Positions 14,101 through 28,312 of a DNA stretch of 64,000 nt are shown here, in pieces. The stretch comes from Phoronis australis (taxonomy: Eukaryota > Animalia > Phoronida). Both the position numbers and the translations under genes were made by a program. The DNA is taken from assembly GCA_002633005.1 (NCBI GenBank), contig NMRA01000738.1, positions 88,886 to 152,885 of the forward strand, in the 5' to 3' direction. The notes under the pieces are model-generated. The model saw only the letters and a list, made by a program, of their open reading frames with translations, was not told where the DNA came from and made no database searches. Position 1 is the stretch's first letter. Each line of letters opens with the position of its first letter.

Positions 14101-17100
14101 AAAAGAGATGTAAAAATATGCATCTGCTAGAAAGTACTGATTGGTTAATTATTTGTCAAGGAACGGCAATCTGAAAATGTGCCAGCTGTCTCTAGTGACA
14201 GTGCATTACCCTTATTCCTTGACACCCTACCCTTGCTGCTCAGCCAGAGCCAGCCTGCTGTTTGTAGTCTTTCCAGATGATAAATAGGGGGACTTTTGGC
14301 AATTTTTATTGAGCCTTCTGTTCTGGTAGTCTACCCAACTGTAAGACAAAATAGTTAGGAATTTGAAGCAATGTGACTATCATGTTTTAGTGGAAAGCAT
14401 CTGTTGAACATATTTTATTATTTTTTAACAGTTTTCATTTTCAAACTGGACATTGCTTTTTCTAGTTTTTCTTGTTTTTCTTGTCCTTCACCAGTCTGAT
14501 CTGAGAGAGAAATCATGTACAAATGATTCATTGACCTGACTTTCTACTACTAATGCATTGATTGTCCTCAAAATACCAGTTACTAATGATCATTGCCGGG
14601 GGCCAGTACTTGTTTTTGCCCATTTATGAACACTCGGGAGGGTATCTAAATGAACTCCCGACTTGATATTGCGTAGTTGTATTTGATTTTATCCGCTACT
14701 CCATGACACATGGTCCTGAATTTTGATTATGAGACTCTGTTACAGGGATGTGAAAAGCTTGGTTAGACAATAAGTTAGAAGCAAATTTCCTCCAGTTATG
14801 GTAGAAAAAAGGCTTATGTTTTTAGAAAAAAATTCTCAAGTCTTGAGTATTACTTTGGGTCAGCTATTAGTTTTGATAAAGTTTGCATTTTGTTTTGTTA
14901 TCTAACTCCATATGACACTGTTTGATGACAAATAATTAATCTCTTCCTGCTGGATATCGCCATGTTTAAACTTACACACATAAATACAAGTCTTACCCAT
15001 GTATCTTCTGAAGAATGTGAACTGACACATTAGGGATAATATCTTCGGAAATATAATTACTATAATTATTGTTTTTTCTCATCTTAAAGCTTCTAACTTT
15101 GCTCACAATTTTCGCAATATTGTAGAATTTGATGTTGGTTTAAAATGTTACTTTGGGGTCGTCTTTTATGGGAAAACGAAAAAATGAAATTTCAATCATA
15201 TGTGTTAAAGTGTTCACAATAGTCACAATATTTTACCAGATTCATGCATATTTTTTATTAGCTTGACATTGTCTTCAATGTGACCGAGCAGGTGCGACTT
15301 CACCGACTTCGTGTTTATTTTTTGACCTCTGTATTTGTTGTTCAGGATTCTTTGAAGTTGCTCAGCTGACTCAGCTTGTCAAATGAATAGATGAAACCAA
15401 AGAATGACTTATACCAGTACACTCACAATTTTCTGTATTTTCTTTTTATGCACAATTTTCTATATTTTCTGTGATAAGGCCATTATTTCAGATAAAGAAT
15501 ATGACTGGTTATCGTTTGCACTCATAAAAGCCTTATGGGGTCTTTTGATATGCAGTTTTTTGTTTGTGTTCAAACCTGAAAATAAAATTTTGTGTGGTGA
15601 ACTGCCCTCAACCTTACAATAAGCACTACCTAATGGTTTGGTCCGAGACCACCTGTTCTCATCAGGGGGTGAGTGTAAATATTTGAACTGGTCCCCTGTC
15701 TTTCACCTGTTCAGGTAGGGCTTTTTACTCACTTGTGGTTGCGGACACATAGGATGAAATTTTTGTTCATGGCCTGAATGCAAGAAAAGGGGAATTGTAC
15801 TCGCAACCAGCTTCATTTTGTATTTGTCAACTTCCAGCTATGACAGTTGACACTACCTGAACCTATTCTCGCCAGTGGGGTTGTTGGCGAGGGTTTTACT
15901 AAACCCATAATTAAACAAAGCTAAATGTGCTATTTCTCAAAATTTCGAGAGTGAGTACAAAGTTAAACATTGGCGTTTCAGGAAGAATGAGAACAGAGTG
16001 ACATTGGTACTAGCCAAAAGTATTTAGACAAAATGACCATGAATTCTCTGTCATGACAGCTGGGCAGAAGCTTAATTCATGGTCCGAGTAGTCTTCTGTT
16101 ATAACTGAGATTATGAATGTGAATTGACAGGAAAGCTAGTAAGATGACTAAGCTATTCTGTAATTAGAATTGTACTGCCCTTATACTGTAATTTTTACTG
16201 ATAATGTAATTTGTGGACATGACGTTGAGACTACTGTTTTGTCAGATCACCTTTGTTTCGTTCTATAAATACTCGTTTCTGGCTGCACTGCATGAGTTAC
16301 AATGGCTTTTATCTATTTTACTTATTGATGATGTGACTGTCTTAATTAACACAGCTGAGTTTTAAAATGTCTGTGATGGACACATTTTTAACCACAGACC
16401 AGCCTGTATTATCTCCTAATTCTACCCAGGACAGTTGTCAGAACGATATTTGCCCACAAATGAACAGCTCTTTAATCCGGAAAGTAATCCCTCTCCAAAT
16501 TGAAATACAATATTTATCCCAATTATTAATAGTTCTTTCTTAACGCACGGCTGACCAATCACAAACCAGTCACAAAAGACTTTAGCAGATCGAATTAAGC
16601 TCAACTACATATCTATCACTTCCAACAATAGAGACCGAGATTCAATTTCCGGAATTACGTGGCGTCTTCATCTTGTCAGCACGTTCCCTTTCTTTTTGCT
16701 AATCCCCGTGCTGTTCAAAATCTCTGAAATCCTGTCTGTTCTGAATAGACCACAGTAATGTTGTGCAGCTCAATATTCTGAACAGTTAATATTCACGCAG
16801 ACTGTGGTGGTACGGTTGACTTGAGACCGTGCAATTTGATATAAATTATTTGATATTTGATGTAATGAATGTTTTATCTCATTAACAACTCTGATCTGTT
16901 CTGCTAACAACTCATTAGAAAATTTGTCACTTTACAAAGCAAGGGTTAATATTGAACTGTGATACAAATTTGTTCACTTTTCTATCTGCTATCAGCGTCA
17001 ATATCCACTTACAGTTGTTCTGTATTTTGAGAATCAGTTTGATGCCCGTTATTCAGTGAGTAAAAGTGGTTCCGAAGATGCGGTACTTCAGAAACTAACT

Positions 17101-18817
17101 AGTGCCCCATCAGGATTTGGTTGAATTTTTTAAACCCAGTAGTCTTCACAAACTTCTGTTGGTAATATCAGACCAATTTTCTTGCAAAATAATTACTCTG
17201 GTTTGACAGCCATGTTCGACTTAACGTCCACTCTTCAAATTTCCTAAGTTTCACTTTTAAATCCTCAACATCGCAGTGGCCAGATTTATATGATGAATAC
17301 TCCTTTGAAAAGTGCTAGTGTCTGAATGCTGTTGTCTCTCGACATTTTTAGCTCCCAAAATGTACCTTTGGGTCTGTTTTAGTAACAATGCACTTTTCCA
17401 TAATGTGAATGGAGATGCCCACTTTTACTGCTAAAGATGGGAAATGGTTCTATTGGGTCATGTACAATATTATCTTCTTGTACACGTATACAAATAATGG
17501 TATTTTTTGTTAAGCAACTTTTTTCCCCACCCGAATTATTAAATTTCCAATTTCAAGCGCCAACCTTCTTCATTGTTGGGAATGTCCGTAAGTTTTCAAA
17601 AGATTGTATGCTGGTTGCTGTGGTATCGAACTTTAAAATCGTGCTAGGACCTGTCATGAAATAGTAAAAGCATAAAAGTCTACTTGCCTGCTCTATTACG
17701 CCCTAAGTTGGTGATGTTACTGAGGATCTCCATTTTGTTTTTTATGAATTTAGATTAAGCTGATGATTAATGATTGTCAGTGTGACACCAGTCTGATCTT
17801 CATTCTTAGCGTCATTCATGCAAAACTTCTCGATCAGTAATAAGAAATGATAAATTATCACGATTGATGACAAACCTTGTATAAGAAATTATCTCAACAC
17901 TTAGAGTGAATTCTTATCAACCATTCATGTCATATCATCGGTGTCATTTGTATGAATTCATAAAAATCTTTTACAATAAATTAGGATCAACCAAAATTGC
18001 CTCCCAAGTTGCCACTTCAATAAATCAGTAGTTAAGAATTTTGTTTCCAATGTCAAATTCGTTTCTGAGCTCTGTAAAAAAGTAGAGAGCAATTCTTGTT
18101 AACAAGATATGCTATTCAGTACTTTGTGTTTTGACATCCATAATAGCTGAGAGAAAGTGTTTTGTACTTTTACAGTTTCTTGTTTCAGTTTCAAACTAAC
18201 CTTCAGTAAATGAATCCCTTGTTTACTACTAAATTGTTTTTCATCAACATAATCTCTCCAATCTTCATTTTGGAAACAGTTGCAAATGTCAGATGTGGCA
18301 CAAAAATATCTTGCATTAGGATCTTATGGCAATGCCATTTATTTGAAGTGTTTATGTGTTTATGTGTTTAGCAAGATGACCTTGCAGCCTTGACCTTTGC
18401 AGCAGTGAAACTATGGCAGGAAATGACAAGTAAATATCCTTTGTCTATGATCATACCCTGACTGTTCAAAAACTGCATTGACAGTCATGTATATTGCCAC
18501 AATAATCTGTTGGTGTCTGTGGGCCATCTGTCAGAAAACCTCACCATTATAATTAATGAGCCATGCAGCAAATAGGCAGTGATCTGGCAACAGAAAATAT
18601 TGTTTCATGAGGTGTGGGCTGAAATTTGAGCAAAACTGTGAAATGGTGTGGAACACTTGATAACTTGTGTGTTTCACATTTACATAGAAAAGTGTCTTCC
18701 AATCATAAGCGTGTGCAATCTCCTTCATTTTCTACAATGTATAGCTGTTGGTTTTGGACATCTTTTAAAGCTCACGGATAAACTTGCTTAATTGATAGAA
18801 TAGTGGTCTTTCTTTAA

Positions 18818-20379
18818 AGTCCTTGTTGCAAACTGCCCATGTGGTTCCAGTATCCGAAAATACTTACTACATAAATTCTTATTTTCGACACCCTTTCTTT
18901 ATACTCTTTTCGCCTTTCTTGCCAAAAGCGATTTTGTAACAGTATTTGACCCTTCTCTCTGAGCGTATGATTACCGGTTGCCATCGGTTATTTCCGTACC
19001 CACATTTCCGGCTCATCAGTTCAGGAACTTGTCCGGAACGCCGCCATTTTTTCCTTGTTACTGAATGTGCTATGGCTTTCTCGAAAAGTCTTCATTATTT
19101 TGTTTTATTAGTAATATATCGTGATTCGTTTGCATATGTAGTGTATTTATAGTTTGTAGTTAGTGGTCGTTGATTTTTTTGGAAAGTTACGCGTATTTAG
19201 TATGTTAAAATAGCATTGGTGTTTAGTTCCTTACGTAGGCCGGTCGAACCTAGGAACCAATATGGGTCGAACCAATTTTTTTTTGGTTTTATTTTTTTCC
19301 TCGTTTTGAAAAAGTACTTTGCTATCACCGGAAAGGTAGTACATTCTACTCAGTAAAAATCGAAAAAGTATCAAAATCGGGGCAAGCACTGTAAAGTTAT
19401 TGCAAGTTTTGTGGCGAAATTTGGGTCACTTTGTTTGGATCGCGTCGGCCATATTGGAGGACAGCGGGATGAGTTACGAGTTTAAAACTTTGTGTAAATT
19501 GTTTTCGCCAACAAATTACGGTAAAATTTAGTTAGACATATCTTTACTTACTATTCTGCACGATTTAGCAGTGTTCACCAAATTTCAGCCTCGCAGTTGT
19601 TACTCATTAAGTGATAAATGTGCTCACAATTCCCGTTGGACTTCGATCGTCTCATTTCTGGCGGCGCCTACAATGTCGACTTTTGCTGAACTGAAAGGCA
19701 TGTTCAATCGGCTACTTTGTAATTTGTGAAGATTTAACGTTGATACATTTTGACAAACGTTGCTACAAAAAAGAAACTTTGTTCAATTTTCGTGTTTTTT
19801 GTGTTTGTGGCCAGCAGTGTGACACAGGACTAACCAGCCCGTAATTTCATGCAAGTGTCTGAAACTACCTTTGAATATATGCAGCATTTATCATTTGACC
19901 ATTTTACTTCGACAAAACAGCTTGCAACCGCATGCATTTACCGTTCGCCAGTGTCTGGTCTCGATCCGCACCGGGTCCGATAGGCTGCGGTCCCGAGTCT
20001 GGCAAAATAATTTCTGTCAAAATTTATTCGCCACATTTCTTCAGCAAATTCCATAAAATTGTCCGTAGTTTGATTTTATCAAAATTAAGGCGCGCTGTCG
20101 ATTTTTTTTATCCCCGTTTGCTGGCTGGTAACAGTACAGGCACTGCTCCAGTCGCACTGACGGCGTTTTCTCGGCCTGGGTTCCTGAATGAATTGTACTT
20201 CCGGGTTCGCTGCAAGTTCAAAATGGCAGTGTTTCTTCGGGTGCGAATCGTGAGTGGCGCGTTCATTTAAACTGTTTTTGAGTACGGATCGTGTATTTGT
20301 TATGGGGTAGGTACTTCTTGGATCCTTATAACATCTTCTAACCATGTAATAAGGGTTAACAACGCGTGAGACAAGGACT
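18818..20379. mobile_element. Non-autonomous DNA transposon with TTAA target site (Kolobok-like), ~1.56 kb
   Basis: TTAA|AGTCCTTGT ... ACAAGGACT|TTAA. Subterminal inverted similarity (atccgaaaatacttactacataa vs atccaagaagtacctaccccataa). CpG-rich interior with no transposase ORF. Confidence 0.7.
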
Positions 20380-22864
20380 TTAAGTAAAATTGTTTTATGT
20401 TTTATAAAATGCTTTTGTTTATTTCATGCATCATGCAAGTGGATCAGTTTTTAAGAAAAACTTGTCATTTGAATGTCACAGTGATTTTCTTGTAAACTTT
20501 TTGGTTGGCCTTGAAATTGGTAGTTAAGGATTAACTGGACAAGAGCAGCCAATTATTTCTTGGCTTATGATTGCTTGTATTTAGAAACAAGTCGACAGAA
20601 TGCCTAGCAGTTAGCCTCAAGCTTATATTCAGATTATACTTCAAATCCCTGTTTTGTTTTTTATTTTAGAACTTTGAACTTTTAGAGCTTTATGCAACTC
20701 AAGTAAGAAGAAGGGATGTAAATCCAAACTAACACAAGATCATGTAACTGATTGAATACATGTGACAGCAAATTAGTTATGCTGTGAGTGTGATTTTGAA
20801 ACTCAATGGGGCAGCCGACCAGTTTAATTAGTCTAACATTGAAAATGTTGCAATGTTTTTGAAAATTTAAGGTTTTTCTTGAAATCAAACATAAAGTAAG
20901 CATGAAAGTCAAGGTGTTTTTGGAAGACATGCAGCACCTGTTCACCTCTTTTTACATGATGTGAGGAAAGTAGTTCTTTTGGCTTGTTTCATTGGCTTTG
21001 ATCAGCACCACTGCTGGAGTCCTTGTAGATTTTCTACTGTCCAGCTAATAGCTGATGATGTCAGGCCCTGAATTCCAGTTAACTTTTACCATGGGTACCA
21101 GTCGATTGGGTGGAGGTAAACTTCATGAATCCATGACTTTAGTAAAATCACAAAAAACATTAATTTGTTTTAGAGCTCAGGTCAAAGCTGATAACTTCAA
21201 TAGGTCTATTTTGTCCTACAACAATCTCAAAATGCTTTCTCTTCACTAGAAGCAGACTATTTCCCTTTAAACAGCTATCTTTAGCTTGCACACTCCTTAG
21301 CATTTTGGTAATGCTCTGCTTATTTCGCACAAACATTTTTGCTAACATTATTGTTTTTCAATGTTTCAAAGGCTGATTACTGTTTTACAAGTAAGACAAA
21401 ATTTACCAAAAGTTGCTTCATGGCAACTACACAGTTCAAACCCCGCTTTTGATAGATTAAAGTTTTCTTAGTGGTTACTTTTGTGGTGAAATTTTGACAA
21501 AATAGAATTTCAATTGTCACCAATATTGTGTGCTAAGAAGTGAGGAATTACCTTAAAGCATACAGGAATATATAGGGGACCCATGACGTTTGTTTATTAT
21601 GGATACATACTGGTGACAATGATGTCTTGACTGGGGTATTGGAAAACATACATGTGTACAAGTGTCTGTAGAAGTTTGCCCGAGGCACCAACAGAGATAC
21701 AGCTTGGGCTAACACTATTGACCAATTCTTTCATAACCATCTGTTTGAAAGTGTGAGCAGTACAGGTCGATATACTAGGTGGAATTTGGTCTTATTCATC
21801 TGAAATTCCTGTGAAATCTTCTAGAAAACTTGCTTCAGGCGTGTCAGTGAACCCCACGCACAGTGTTTATTCGAGTCATTGGGTCACAAGCCTTTTTGAA
21901 TATATGGAGATATGACTTTGTCCTTTTATTTGCCTTTTGTTGGATGCATTTTTCTGGAAATGGGTTTTCTAGATTTCTAGGTCTAGATTACTTCATATTA
22001 TTTGGTGGTAGATTTTCATCCCTGATGTAAGAACAAGTGGGCTAATTGAAAGTTGTATAATTGTCAAAAGAAAGGGGAATAATCCATCTGTCTTCTCTTC
22101 ACCTCTCCATTAACCACATGCTTTACAGCAAATTTCAATTACTCTTCAATGGACTATCACTTGCTCATCACCTCCAAACTGTTTAGACTACATGGACTAG
22201 ATTTCACAGCACCACAGCCATAAAACTCCACTATGGTGACCACATGTTTTAATGTTACATGTACCATCATCATGTCAGATTTCTGTCAACAGCATTCCCC
22301 ATTGGAGCCAGACCTACTTGTCTAGCCTGTCTTGCTGACAGGTCTTAATTTTGTATTCTGCTGTAGAAATTGTTTTTGTGATTGTTTTACCAATCTACAC
22401 CAACAGGGGTTTCCAGGATTGAATCTATGACTGGGTAGCCTATTAGTTCTGTGAGTCATTCATACTGCACTTGGGAAACTGACCAGTGTGTGAGATACTT
22501 TATTCTTTGTTTTCAAAAAAGCAACATCATGCATGTTGAAAGCGATTATTGTTTTTACGTTGACTGAATGGAAATTTGTCCGTCCTTTCCATTTTGTGGT
22601 TAGAGTCTCATTTTTAGAATCTATCAGTCGGAAGCTGTTCGGATTCGGAAAATTCGTTCTGAATTGGTCTTGGACGGTCACTGAGCTTTGGCAAGACTGT
22701 TCACTTAGATAGTCCAGTAAGACTGTCCTACTGAGAATGAGGCTGGATGAGTCCTGGATTTTCTGTTTCCCTTGCCAACAGATGGCATTGTCCTGCACTA
22801 TCAGATGGAGGGGACTTTGTCCAGTTAATGTGACTTTTTAAAAAAGTAGCAATATTGGGAGGGT

Positions 22865-22866
22865 TG

Positions 22867-22901
<35 letters not shown>

Positions 22902-22960
22902 GCGCGTGTGTGTGCGCGTATGTGTGTGTGCATGCGTGCGTGCGGGTGTGTGTGTTTGTG
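22865..22960. repeat. (TG)n/(TGCG)n compound microsatellite
   Basis: Directly visible. Confidence 0.95.
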
Positions 22961-25293
22961 TAGCCAAGTGGACTACCTCGTTTATGTGATATTTAAGGTT
23001 TTTAATGATATTGCAGAATTCATTCTTGGAATCAATTTTGGATCTTGTTTTTATGACAATGTCGGCTGCGTGTCGTCGATTTGTTGCAACACTGCTCACG
23101 ACCACATACTGTTAATATCTGACTGTTTTGGACACCAGCTGTATAAAAAATTAAATGTGAGGATTGTACATTGGTTAGTTTGTCTGGCATCTTAGGACAA
23201 TTAATGGCTACCAGTTTAATTGACCTGACACTCTAGTCTGGCTCTTGGCAAAATTTGTCTTCATTTGCCAGTGATAAATGACTCTCCTAGGATTAACACA
23301 TATTATTTGGATTTCATGCTTGACCAGTTGTCTTCATTAGTGTGTTCAGTACATGATGGGATAAACATTTTGACTTCTGCTGAATAACAGACTTATGGCA
23401 TCCTTACACACCAGGGTCACATAATTAAACACTGCCTACTTGAGGGTGAGTCAGGGGTCAGTTTGGAAAATGTGGACATCTGTCACTGGACCTACTGGGC
23501 CTCAAATCTATGGGGCCCATTTAGAGAACCTGTGGGCCTCTATAGTTCCTTTTGTCACTTATCAATTTGATTTTTTTGGAGTCCGCGTCTTTGTCTCATG
23601 GTTTCTGCTATCCCAGTATGTTAGGTGACTGGACTGATTGGCACTGAGCTTGTTTCGCTCACTAACATAAGTTTTGATCAGCTGATCTACATTATCATGT
23701 TACAGTCTGAATGCAAGGCATATTTTTGTAATATGTCTGCAAGAAAGTGAAATAAGATGCTATAATTGTGCATTATAGTATGTTAAATAAGAAAATGATG
23801 GAATGGGATTTCAATTGTCAACCATACGTGCATCCTGAAGTTGATGAGATTTTGACGTGGGCTTGTATAAGATTCATTTCTCCGTTTTGTTCCGTTTTTA
23901 AAGGATGAAGCTTACATAATATGTAGATGATCTGATGTCGACTGTGATTGGCTGTCGGTCCTACCTTGACGGATTGTCTTGGTCGACTTTAGTCAACTTT
24001 TGCTACTCATTTGCATGTTAGTTGTGATAACTAATTTGCATAACCCATGTATTGGGCAATACTGGAAAGGTGACTAAGAAATGACACTAACATAGTTTAA
24101 AGATGGGTGGCCTAACACAATATTTCCAATTTGTTACTAGTGTTCCAAGTCTCAACAAACCATACCAAAATGACAGCCACTCCAGAGATAGGAAGTTTAA
24201 ACCTTCAATCTCCTCTATAGTTTATAATCTTCCTTTGCGGCTGTACACTTTACACTGATGCCAATGTATGTAGTTGTTTGGTCTAGCCTCCCATGTCATC
24301 CCTGAGACACCAAGTCTCCATCTCGTTAGAAACAATGTACACTTCATTACAAATCCCCTAATGAGACAGTGCCAGGTTGTTGACTTTGAGTTCCACCAAT
24401 CAGTTTCAGCTTCTGTCTCTTTGCTGTGAAATTTCCCATAGTGTGGTATTGCTGTTATAGTTATTTCAACCATGAAATTGGTCTCAAATTGTTCAATTAT
24501 AAGAATGTAGGGCATTTCTGAACTTGAAAAAGAAAACTTACAGTTAGATGTTGCTCAAAACCTGGCGCTGCATGTAGGGTCCGATTTTGCAAATGCTTGC
24601 TGACCCAAAATGTAACCTCAGGTTGCTGATGGCAGCTTATCTGGGACCCCACATGCCAAAAGCCACCTCAAATCTCAGTTGTTCTGCTCTCCAAATTACA
24701 CTTCAAGCTGAAAGATTTTTAACCACTTCATATGTTTCCAAGAAACTATTTACCGATTTTGAGCTTTTCCAAACATTTAGATACCAATAGCTTTTTGGGA
24801 AATAAGGTCACAGAGGTTGTGTGCAATCAAATACAGACATTCGGTCAAGTCAGAATAGGGGGCCATTGGTCAATAAGAACTTCATACATTTAATGGTGTC
24901 CCACCAAATTTGAATATTTTAGTGAATTCATATGTTCATGACCTTTGCAACCAGCTAAATAATCATGGCTGCCAGCATTTTATTCAATCAATCATTGCTG
25001 TTCTTGAGGGTATTTTTATTTTTGTTTGGGTGCGTGCAGTCAGAATAGGAATAAAGCATATTCAATGCAATATTTGAGCTTTATACCCATCTTCTCAGAA
25101 TTCTACAATGATCTTATTTAAAGAAAACAGAATTCCAACCTTGTTAAAATTTCCTCCAAATTTGTTGATTTCAGTTTGCCGTGATCCTGCCTCCAAAATG
25201 AGAAACCCGTCAAACATTTGAGAGAATTTTTGATAACCTCAACTGGGCGGCCTCCCGTTTCACCTTACTCACCACTGGAAAATGTGAGGTTGG

Positions 25294-25791
25294 CAGGCCT
25301 TTATCCAGGATTTCGAAAATAGGGTGTCCAAAATGGGGTTCCCAATATTCCAGGGCGTCCATGATTCCGACGCGTAACCCCCCACCACCAGCAATTCCCC
25401 CCAAACACGCAGATTATTTTTTACAAAAAAATACATAGACCAAGGTTTTTACATCTAAGTTTACAAAACAGCTTTCTGTAGTGAGCATTTTTACTAAAAA
25501 AAAAACTGTGCAGACCAAGACTTTTACAATGCTATCAACCAAGTGTGAGCATAGCAACATTGTATATACTTTGTATATACATTGTATATTTCTTCCTGCT
25601 TTGAAAAAAGAGCCACCACTGTGAGTCTGTATAGGCTTCCTAGTAATCATTACAATGTGTGTGTCCAAACTTGAAAGGTTCCTATTGATAGTGGGCGTCC
25701 AAATGATACATTGGGTGTCCTTGCCATGGCTTCCATATTAGTGCTAGGGCGTCCAAATGGACGCCCAGGACTTACGCTGCAGAGAGGCCTG
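25294..25791. mobile_element. hAT-like MITE, 498 bp
   Basis: Termini CAGGCCTTTATCCAG / CTGCAGAGAGGCCTG. 8-bp flanks gaggttgg and gcggttgg (1 mismatch). Repeated subterminal GGGYGTCC(AAA) motifs. Confidence 0.75.
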
Positions 25792-27949
25792 GCGGTTGGT
25801 CGTGGGTGTCTTCTGCGTTGCATAAGATTTACGTGGGCCCCATGGTCAGCCCTATTCAGCAAGAGGCCTGCCATCAATCAACAGGTTCTTCATGAAAGAA
25901 ATTTTTGAGCCACCCTGACTTTTTAAGAAATGAAGACTTTTCCATTTTCCATGCACTATTGCTCCTTAGCCTATGAAAAGCTGGTCAGAGACTTGCAGAT
26001 GTTTAGGGTTCATCATCAATGCCACTATTGATAGGGTTACTCATATGCCCACTGAAATTTGGATATTTCTAATGCTCAATCTGTTGAGAGTGAAGCTTTT
26101 TTGAACCTTTTGATTTGATCACATTTGGAAAGGTCTCCTTGGTTTCCCAGCAGTAGTTAAAGGATGCCAACTGGGCCGCTGACCGGGGATATGCCCAGCT
26201 TTGTACGCCCATTTTGTACACGCGTAAATTATTTTGGTAGTAGGTTCAGGTGCAAAAAGCAGAACGCTTGCTCCTATTCTTGAAATTTTTTCTGAATTTT
26301 TGTTGCCATTGGCTGCCACTTTTCTTAGTGTCAGGTGCTGCGAAAACCAAGGACTTTCCACTGCATACCATTTTGTCTCCAGCAGAAACTCCCTGTCAGC
26401 TTTTTGCAATACCAAAAATGGCTCATCCTAGAAAGGAAACATTCGAGACAAATTTAACAAGTAAGTTTTCTAGATACATATTTTGGTTTCTTCTACAGAA
26501 CACAGGTGGCATTGCCATTCAAGGTACTCTTATGTAAAATATAGTCTTCATACATCACTTGGAGGAATAGTGAAATTTTATTTTCTCATTCAGTCATAGA
26601 AGATAACTAGCGCACTGTTCAAATTTTGTACCATGCAGCTGCCACCAGACACAATTTGATGAGTGAACTAACAATTTTGACAACAATATGTATCTGAAAT
26701 TTATGATATTTTGTTGATATACTGGAGTTCCAAGTAGATCCGTCACTGGGTAGATATTGTTTTGTTTCAGTTGGTGATAATTTTAGTACCCAATAGGGAA
26801 ATTGGTGATGCATGAAACTAAATTGTTTTTGTTTTTGGAACTTAAGCACACTTAAAATGGAATCTGCATACTTAAACATTTTTGTTTTTTCTTGAAATTG
26901 ATAGATTGCCACTTATAAAAGCATTGGGGATTATGAGATTCTCAGTGTTTGCATATCAATTAATGCTTTGAAGTAATAAGTAAGTCCACATGTTCCATTG
27001 AAAATTAAACTAAAATCTCGACATATTGTATGATCCTTTGGTTTTCATAAAAAATAACTAAGACTGAAGTCATATTAATATTGGTCTATGCGACTTTTAC
27101 AAGCATGCAGCTGGTTATACCTTGACTACTATAACCCTTGAAATAAATGATTCAGGTAATGAGCCTTAACACTAGGGATTCACTGGTTGTGGTTTGTTTG
27201 CTTTTCCTGGACACTTGTTCTAGACCTACAAAGAGCTTATCACAAGAGCTTGTTAAGTTTCCATTTCACTAATTATGGAGACTCCATTTTCAGAGTGTAC
27301 CTTAAGTGTCATGGAGATCTGGTACATTAGGGTATTAGGTGTATGAACACTGTCAGCACTTTGAAATGCCTTTGTAACATGTTGCCACTCTGTGATTAGC
27401 TTGATGCAATTTGTCAGCTTTATAATATAATGACTCTTGTAGTCTTATGTAATAATATCTTGCCTGTGTTGCCATGGTGACGAGAAGCCCTGATTGAATG
27501 ACATGAAATTAGCTTTTTCTTTCTTGTTCTGAAATTATCCTGTGTGAATGGAATAGGAATAGTGTGATGTGGTCACTGTTTCCTGAATGCCTTTGAGGAT
27601 TGTCTGTTAATTAATTCTGACCAACTGGTGGGTAGGCATAGGCATAGTTAAACTCTTTCTTTTCTTATGCAAAGTTACTTTCTGGGCAGATCAGTTGGAC
27701 TTCCAAGTACCTATGGTTGATGCAATTGGGAGAATCTCATATACAACAAAAGTTACCCAGTGACATCTCACATAATTTGGGAAATATGTAACACAACACT
27801 TGTCACTTGCCAAACTATATTTGAAAGCAGGGGTCCACTGTAACAAGCTTTTTGGTTGGAGTACAGCAAAGCAGCAATTATAGAAATTTATAAGACTGAA
27901 AACCAGCCACAAACCTCACTACATTAATGCTTTGATCAGCAAGTCTTTA

Positions 27950-28312
27950 GTCGTGTTTAGACATCAACTTTTGGCCCGGCGCAACTGACACGGAGCAAAT
28001 TGACCCGTGTCAAGCGGCCGTTTTCACACACAACTCACTAATCGTGGCGAGACGGAAATTAAAGGCTGGAGAGACTGGATCGCACATGCGCAGGTTTACA
28101 AATGACGAGAGTTGCAGAGACAAAAAACCCGTTCGTAGGTCATTGCACATCTGCAGTAGAGATGATCTTTTCCGCCTTACTCCAGTTTCGCGTTTAGACT
28201 TATAATTGACACGGCGCAAGATGTTCAGGCGCAAATTACTCTACCTCACAAACGGGTGGCAAAAATTTGTCAGCGCGGTGTCAATTTGTGCGTGTCAGTC
28301 CGTTTACACACT
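27950..28312. mobile_element. Putative palindromic MITE remnant
   Basis: Inverted blocks ctgacacggagcaaattgac / gtcaatttgtgcgtgtcag and ccgtgtcaa / ttgacacgg. CpG-rich. No TSD identified. Confidence 0.4.

Noticed and set aside
15404-15622. Hydrophobic ORF MTYTSTLTIFCIFFLCTIFYIFC as the DDR signal-peptide exon
   Set aside because: The hydrophobicity comes from a T-rich local duplication (cacaattttctRtattttct x2), and only weak phase-1 donors are available.
22728-23195. ORFs with HT/CV repeats
   Set aside because: They are translations of the (TG)n microsatellite.
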